From NCBI GenBank assembly GCA_963799775.1, contig CAWCYD010000003.1:832001-896000 (forward strand): a stretch of 64,000 nucleotides of DNA, read 5' to 3'. This stretch comes from an uncultured archaeon. GTDB taxonomy: Archaea > Thermoproteota > Nitrososphaeria > Nitrososphaerales > Gagatemarchaeaceae. A program made the translations under genes and the position numbers. Position 1 is the stretch's first letter; each line of letters begins with the position of its first letter. Positions 58,502 to 64,000 of this stretch are shown piece after piece. The notes beneath the pieces were generated by a model. It did no database searches. It was not told the origin of the DNA and saw only the letters and a list, made by a program, of their open reading frames with translations.

Positions 58502-58505
58502 TAGC

Positions 58506-60411
58506 CTACGCCACGATCCCTAGGCCTTTTGCTGGAGACTCTGAACGTCCCTCCTCCACATACATCCTATACCAAATCACAAATGTAATCAACGCGAAGA
58601 GCTTGCTTGAGTTGAGGTACGGGTCCGCCACCAATGATTTCACAGCCTGGCCGTCGAAAAGACCGGTATAGCCTCTGGCTACGACAGGATCTAAGACTTG
58701 GGGAACAATATCCTTCCAATCCTTCTTCATCCATGACTCGATTGGGGCGCCAAAGCCGTGCTTTTTCCTCATGACTATTTCTGACGGCACGAGTCCCTTC
58801 TTCACGGCCATCTTCTTCAGGATGTATTTCGTCTCCCTTCCTCTCATCTTCATGTGGGAAGGAATCCTCTCAATCAAGGTAACGAGGTCCTGATCCAGTA
58901 GAGGGCATCTAGCTTCGAGAGAGACGGCCATGCTCATCCTGTCCACTTTTACCAGAATGTCCTCCTCCAAATAGCTACGGACAGTCGCGTAGTCCACAGA
59001 GTCGAGCGGATTCTTCGAAGAGCTATCCTTCACCAGTTCCTCCATGTAAGAGTATGTGTCTATTGGAGCGTGAGCCTTGAGATGGCCTTGTGAATAAAGC
59101 CCCCTTAGTCCATCGGAATCGTAAAGGGACATCCTCATCGCGAATCTCTCGCCATATGTCTGGTTGCCGTAACCCTTCTCATACGCGTGTTTCGCTAACC
59201 GCTTGAGCTGCGTATCGACCGGGAAGTTGGTCATAGCCTTCAAAGCCGGTTTTCTAATGACCTTGGGCACCTTCGAGTAGAGCGCGTAAGAGGCAGGGTC
59301 GACGAGAAAAGGATAGCCCATGAACAACTCGTCACCCCCATCGCCGCTCAGGGCGACAGTGACCTCTCGTCGCGTGACCTCAGAGAGATAGTAAGTGGGA
59401 ATCATCGAATGGTCCGCGAATGGCTCATCAAAGTGCCAGATCAAGGTCGGAATGGACCTTGTAGGCGTCCGGAGTGACAAAGTACTCGTGGTGGTCCGTC
59501 TTCAAAAAGTCGGCAACCTTCCGGGCGAAACCGGTCTCGCTCACTCCTTCGTTGAAGCCGATTGACACCGTCTTGATCGGTTGGTCGGACAGCCTGGTCA
59601 TGAAGGCAACCACTGTGCTCGAGTCTATCCCTCCTGACAAGAAGGCGCCGAGGGGAACGTCGCTTCGCATGCGTACTCTGACCGCGCTCTCAATCGACTC
59701 ATAGAGCAAGTCCACAAGGGTGTCTTCGGTAAGAGAGTCGTCGGGTCGAAGCGCAAAGTCCCAATACCGAGTTATCTGGAGATTCCCGCTCTCGTAGGTC
59801 GCGTGGCTGCCTGGTGGCAATTTGCGGACTGCCTTGAAAATAGAAAGCGGGGAAGGCACATACATGTAGGTAAGAAAGTGGTCAATCGCGTCGTAGTCCA
59901 GTTCTTTCCTGAGACCCTCATAACGGAGAATCGACTTTAGCTCGGAAGCGAAGAGCAGGACGCCGTCTGCCAGCGCGTAATAGAGAGGCTTCTTGCCGAA
60001 TCGGTCCCTTGCTAGGAACAGTCTCTTCCTCCTGGTGTCCCAAATCGCGAAAGCGAACATGCCCCTGAAGTGCTTGACACAGTCGAGCCCCCAGGTTTCG
60101 TAAGCGTGCACGAGAGTCTCCGTGTCAGACGACGTGTAGAATCTGTGTCCGAGTTTCTCTAGTTCCTTCCTGAGCTCCTGGTAGTTGTAGATCTCGCCGT
60201 TGAAGACAGTCCAGATTGAGCCGTCCTCGTTGTGGATTGGCTGGTCTCCCGTCGCGAGGTCTATGATGCTGAGCCGGTCAATCCCAAGGCCCACGTCCGA
60301 GTCTAGGTAGTAGTCGGTATCGTCGGGGCCCCTGTGCCTTATCGCCTCGCACATGGATTTCAGAAGCGGCTTGTCGGAGAGCCCCACAAATCCACAGATG
60401 CCGCAACCCAT
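58506..60411 (-). CDS. asnB: Asparagine-synthetase-like glutamine amidotransferase (AsnB/WbpS type), frameshift near 59460
   Basis: CGICG, HRGPD, RLSIID, FNGEIYN, DRFGKKPLYY, LSGGIDSS, SGDGGDELF, KVDRMSMAVSLE. Confidence 0.93.
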
Positions 60412-60451
60412 CCTGCTTTCTGAGCCTTCAGTCGTTTATGAAGATGCTGGC
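60306..60451 (-). repeat. asnB promoter plus 5' end, copy A (functional)
   Basis: Aligns over about 145 bp with 61883..62027. Confidence 0.88.
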
Positions 60452-60690
60452 GCTTTTTGGTGGCTTTCGAGTTAGCGCCTCCCTTGAGAGCATCACGGTG
60501 AACCTCTGATATTCCGGTCTCCCATCGAACTGCATCGTTGCCCTCCCCATCTTTCCGTTCGTCCTTACGTGGTTTGTGGAAGAACCTGAAGACCCACATC
60601 CAGAGGCTGACGTGCTCTTCCGCAATCCTGCCTCCAGCCGGCTCTTGGCGTAGGGGCATCCGTATTGCGCCGCTAGGGGCGAATCCACAT

Positions 60691-60719
60691 ATACCGGTAT
60701 TAGTAACTAATAGGGGTAT
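60691..60719. promoter_or_regulatory. Palindromic operator upstream of the archaeal ATPase
   Basis: ATACC-GG-TATTAGT-A-ACTAATA-GG-GGTAT, ending 7 nt before the ATG. Confidence 0.65.
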
Positions 60720-60726
60720 TAGCACA

Positions 60727-61875
60727 ATGCTATTCGACGAAGCGCCCAAGACAAACCGTTCAGACCTCTACGACTTTCGGGAGGAACAAGATGGCTTTCT
60801 TCGCGCCCTCAAAGAGGGAGCGAGACTCGTGACGATAGTAGGCCTTCGAAGGACCGGCAAGTCATCTCTGCTTCTGACCGGTCTGAGCGAGACGGACCAG
60901 CCTTCACTCATCATTGACGCGAGAGGTTTTGCCCAGTCACCGGTGATTTCGAGAGCAGATTTCTTTTCAGCATTCGAGAGAACCCTCAACGAGTTCATCG
61001 TTTCCCAGACAAGGTGGAGCGGACGCATTCTGGACGCCCTCAAGTCGATAAGGGGTGTAGAGGTGAGCTCTGGGCCGCCGCCCGCCATCTCTCTTTCTTG
61101 GGGGAGATCCCGTAAGGAGACGGCTGACCTGCCCGGGCTGCTCGCATCGCTCGGCAAAGTGGCAGAAAGTCATAAGACCAGATTCGTGATCGCGTTTGAT
61201 GAGGCTCAAGAGTTCAGGAGGCTGGCTGGCTACGACCTCGCCAAGATCTTGGCCCACGTGTACGACTACGTCCCCTCGGTGCAGCTGGTGCTGACCGGCT
61301 CACAGGTCGGTTTCCTGCACGAGTTCCTCGGGGTTGAAGATGCGAAGGCTCCGCTCTATGGACGAGTCCGTGTCGAGATACGCACCCCGCGGCTCACGAA
61401 AGACCAGGGGCGTAGCTTCCTCGAGACGGGATTCGCGCAAATCAAGGTCAAGCCCAACCCGAAGCAGCTTGACTCCGCCATCGAGAAGCTGGATGGGATA
61501 ATAGGATGGCTCGCGTTCCTCGGGGCGACGGCGAGGAGAAGTCGCAAGTTCACGGACGAGACCATCGACCAGACGCTGGAAGAGGCGTCCAGACTTGCGG
61601 CCTCTGAAGTCATGAACTTCCTAGAAATCCGGCAAATCGCGAAGGTCAGATACCTCGCCATTCTGACCCGACTCGCTTTGGGGACCGCCAGGTGGTCCGA
61701 CCTCAAGAGAAGCGTCCAGGCTGAGGAGGGCAGGTCGGTCTCCGACTATGTCTTCAGTTCGCTGCTATCGAATCTGGTCAAAGCAACTCTCGTATCAAAG
61801 AATCGGGATGGGTCATACGGCATCGAAGATCCCGTCCTGATTCACGCACTGAATTCGGGAGCCCTCCGCGCGTAA
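60727..61875 (+). CDS. Archaeal AAA+/STAND-like ATPase (COG1672 type) with C-terminal wHTH
   Basis: DLYDFREE, GLRRTGKSS, AFDEAQE, LTGS, PLYGR, DGIIGWL, Y.IEDP. Confidence 0.9.
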   Translation: MLFDEAPKTNRSDLYDFREEQDGFLRALKEGARLVTIVGLRRTGKSSLLLTGLSETDQPSLIIDARGFAQSPVISRADFFSAFERTLNEFIVSQTRWSGRILDALKSIRGVEVSSGPPPAISLSWGRSRKETADLPGLLASLGKVAESHKTRFVIAFDEAQEFRRLAGYDLAKILAHVYDYVPSVQLVLTGSQVGFLHEFLGVEDAKAPLYGRVRVEIRTPRLTKDQGRSFLETGFAQIKVKPNPKQLDSAIEKLDGIIGWLAFLGATARRSRKFTDETIDQTLEEASRLAASEVMNFLEIRQIAKVRYLAILTRLALGTARWSDLKRSVQAEEGRSVSDYVFSSLLSNLVKATLVSKNRDGSYGIEDPVLIHALNSGALRA

Positions 61876-61882
61876 GCTCCAG

Positions 61883-62027
61883 GGTACGAATCGGTCTGGT
61901 CGGGGCCGCGGCGCCTTGTCGCCTCGGACATGAACCTCAGCAGAGGCTTGTCGGAAGCCCCACGAATCCGCAGATGCCGCAGCCCATCCTGGCCTCTGGG
62001 CCTCCAGTCGTTTTTGAAGATGCTGGC
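61883..62027 (-). pseudogene. Decayed duplicate of the asnB promoter and first ~35 codons (copy B)
   Basis: Reads MGCGICGFVGL, then frameshifts; the shifted frame gives RRRGPDQTD versus RHRGPDDTD in copy A. Confidence 0.85.
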
Positions 62028-62033
62028 TTCTTT

Positions 62034-63779
62034 CTAAGACCAGCTAAGATGTATTTCGTAGAGCGTGAAGTCCTGGCCTTGCAGCACAGGTCGCTCTCCA
62101 AGGACGGTGAATGAGGGGCCATTGCTCACACTGAATGTCCCGTTGACATCGAAGACCTGAGAGAGGAAGCTGTCCTCAGACGGAAAGGCCGACCCATGAG
62201 CGTCGTAGAGGTAGAAGACAGACCATTTGACATAGGAGAATTCGGCCAATGTGATTTCTGGGGCGAGGGGGTTCTGGCCAATCGCGTAGGCTTGCGCGCG
62301 CAAGACCTGCACGCCCGGCGTGAACGTCCAGCCGTACGGGACTCCGACGAGGTTGAAGGCTTGATTGCTGTCGTTGGTGGCGAAGTAGTCCCTCAAGATG
62401 ACCGCGTCTGACCGGTAGCCCAAGTCGAAGGGGTTCTGGCTGGTGTAGTTGAAGTTGGAGGCCGCATAGACCTGGTAGACCGGCACCGCGATCAGGAGAA
62501 AGGCGATGCAGACTGCAGCGAGCCCGAGCATCCGCTTGCGGCTCTTGGCGAGTAACGAAAGGAAGAGCGGGGCGAGGAGGAAGTATGCGGGCAACGCGGT
62601 ATCCGAGAACCTGATGACGGTCGAATAGTCCTGGAAGGAGAAGTAGTATGGGTCGGGAGCGTAGATGAAGGAGACGATCAGGTATGACCCCAGGGCAGTC
62701 AGGGAGGTGAGAAGCACGAACCTGGCGTTCACATCTGAGCGACGAACAGCCCTCTGAAACACGATCAGGAACCCGGCGAGGCCTATCGCGAAGCAAATCG
62801 GACCCCACCCGAGGACGAGCCCTCCGAAGAAGATGAGGAGAGTATTGGTAAGAACGAACTCCCTGTAGAAAGGAACCGATGAGGTCGACACCCGTGTTAT
62901 CGTGGACACCGTGCTGCTAACGGTGGTTGTGCCGCTGACTGTGACCGTGTTGCTGACTGTGACCGTGCTGGTGACGGTGGTCGCGGGCGGTGGAGACGTC
63001 ACGGGATTGGACGTGATGCTCTGGAGGATCTGCCCCGAAATCGGCGCGACCTGTTGGGAATAGGCGTGGCTCGGGACGACGAGGAAGAAGACTGCAGGAA
63101 TGACGAACGCCAGAACTGAGATGGCCAGCACCGCCCTCCCTCCGAATCTCCTAGTTCGGATGGCATCCTTGCGCTTTGAAATCGCGATCGCCAGAACCAC
63201 CAACCCTCCCGCGATGAGAAACGCTTCGTACGGCTCGCGCGTGCCCGATGCGAACCCGAAGAAACAGCACGCCAGGAACGCGAAGCCGATCAGTCCGGCG
63301 GCGCTCCTCGTCTTAAGGAGCCTAGCGAGGAAGTAGACTCCCGACATCGCCATGCACAGGCCCACCGGCTCGGTGAGGAACCCCAGAGAGAGTAGGACGA
63401 ACGATATCAGGATGAACGATGAGGCCAGCGAAAGCGCGATGGTGGTCTCGTTGAACTCGAAGAGCTTCAGGAGCTTGTAGAAGACGATGAAGGTGACGGC
63501 AGTCCAAAAGAAAATGTAGAAAGGCAAGAGATACGAGAAAGCGTCGACGTTCGTTATGCCGAGCACCTTGAATAGGATGATGTTCACCCAGCCGACGAAC
63601 CACCGGTCCGAGTACAGGTTGCCATGGAGAGCGTCGTAGAAATAGCCGAACTCATCCGAGACGAAGAATCCGGTCGTCCAAAAATTGTAGAACCGGTAGG
63701 CGCACAAGATCGCGAGAGATGCCAAACAACCTGCTAGGGCTTTCGCGTCAAGCGTGCGCAGACGAACAATAGAAACCAT
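62034..63779 (-). CDS. Multi-TM membrane protein, probable GT-C glycosyltransferase
   Basis: First-loop SDE motif (FVSDEFGY), LTEP, TRE, about 11 TM, C-terminal extracellular domain; glycan-cluster context. Confidence 0.65.
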   Translation of the reverse strand: MVSIVRLRTLDAKALAGCLASLAILCAYRFYNFWTTGFFVSDEFGYFYDALHGNLYSDRWFVGWVNIILFKVLGITNVDAFSYLLPFYIFFWTAVTFIVFYKLLKLFEFNETTIALSLASSFILISFVLLSLGFLTEPVGLCMAMSGVYFLARLLKTRSAAGLIGFAFLACCFFGFASGTREPYEAFLIAGGLVVLAIAISKRKDAIRTRRFGGRAVLAISVLAFVIPAVFFLVVPSHAYSQQVAPISGQILQSITSNPVTSPPPATTVTSTVTVSNTVTVSGTTTVSSTVSTITRVSTSSVPFYREFVLTNTLLIFFGGLVLGWGPICFAIGLAGFLIVFQRAVRRSDVNARFVLLTSLTALGSYLIVSFIYAPDPYYFSFQDYSTVIRFSDTALPAYFLLAPLFLSLLAKSRKRMLGLAAVCIAFLLIAVPVYQVYAASNFNYTSQNPFDLGYRSDAVILRDYFATNDSNQAFNLVGVPYGWTFTPGVQVLRAQAYAIGQNPLAPEITLAEFSYVKWSVFYLYDAHGSAFPSEDSFLSQVFDVNGTFSVSNGPSFTVLGERPVLQGQDFTLYEIHLSWS

Positions 63780-64000
63780 TCGTGACCTAATGATTTCAAA
63801 AGCCTCGCGTCTCCCGTTCAGCATCTGGACGCCTCGACCGAATTGTGAAGATAAGTATTCCCGGTAGACACAAGACATTGTTCGATGGGGCAATAGCCAA
63901 GCGAAACTTGATTACCGCAAACTGGCCGACAGTCTGGCTGGAAAGACATGCGGAGTAGAATTTCCTTCCTTGGAGTCAAAAGTTGAAACTCCGCAGCGTC

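Noticed and set aside
1-60411. Frameshifts in about 15 genes (oppF, oppD, two tnpB, pyrE, V4R, deacetylase, S-layer protein, protease, nitrilase, DIP1984-like, methyltransferase, GT2, asnB) as programmed frameshifting or mass pseudogenisation
   Set aside because: They are mostly single-base indels, often at short homopolymers, with no in-frame nonsense substitutions or shared slippery motif noticed, and they hit housekeeping genes. Long-read error is the simplest explanation; read polishing would decide.

Overview
GC-rich archaeal chromosomal window. The TBP remnant, ATP-dependent ligase, Ard1, archaeal pilins and TATA-led promoters suggest Nitrososphaerota/Thaumarchaeota (inference). From left to right: an Opp/Dpp peptide ABC operon, signal peptidase I, a collapsed single-repeat TBP remnant, pyrE, degenerate LarA-like and M50-like genes, ard1, DNA ligase, a type IV pilus locus, ACT-V4R, IMPase, a glycan-modification operon, a flippase and glycosyltransferases, a MacB-type ABC/COG1361 locus, and a GH135 spherulin-4 protein. 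At 41-50 kb a toxin-antitoxin-rich island contains a split NAD synthetase whose NadE carries a 387-aa LAGLIDADG intein; a second glycan cluster follows. Three solo TnpB elements are present, and the empty target sites of two can be rebuilt by hand. Best candidate for an undescribed system: an AbrB-regulated DIP1984-like coiled-coil gene followed by a heptamer-repeat putative ncRNA, whose distal 50-95 bp recur as progressively shorter direct repeats between neighbouring TA cassettes. About 15 genes carry single-base frameshifts, most likely long-read errors. No rRNA, tRNA or CRISPR array was seen. All alignments were done by eye.
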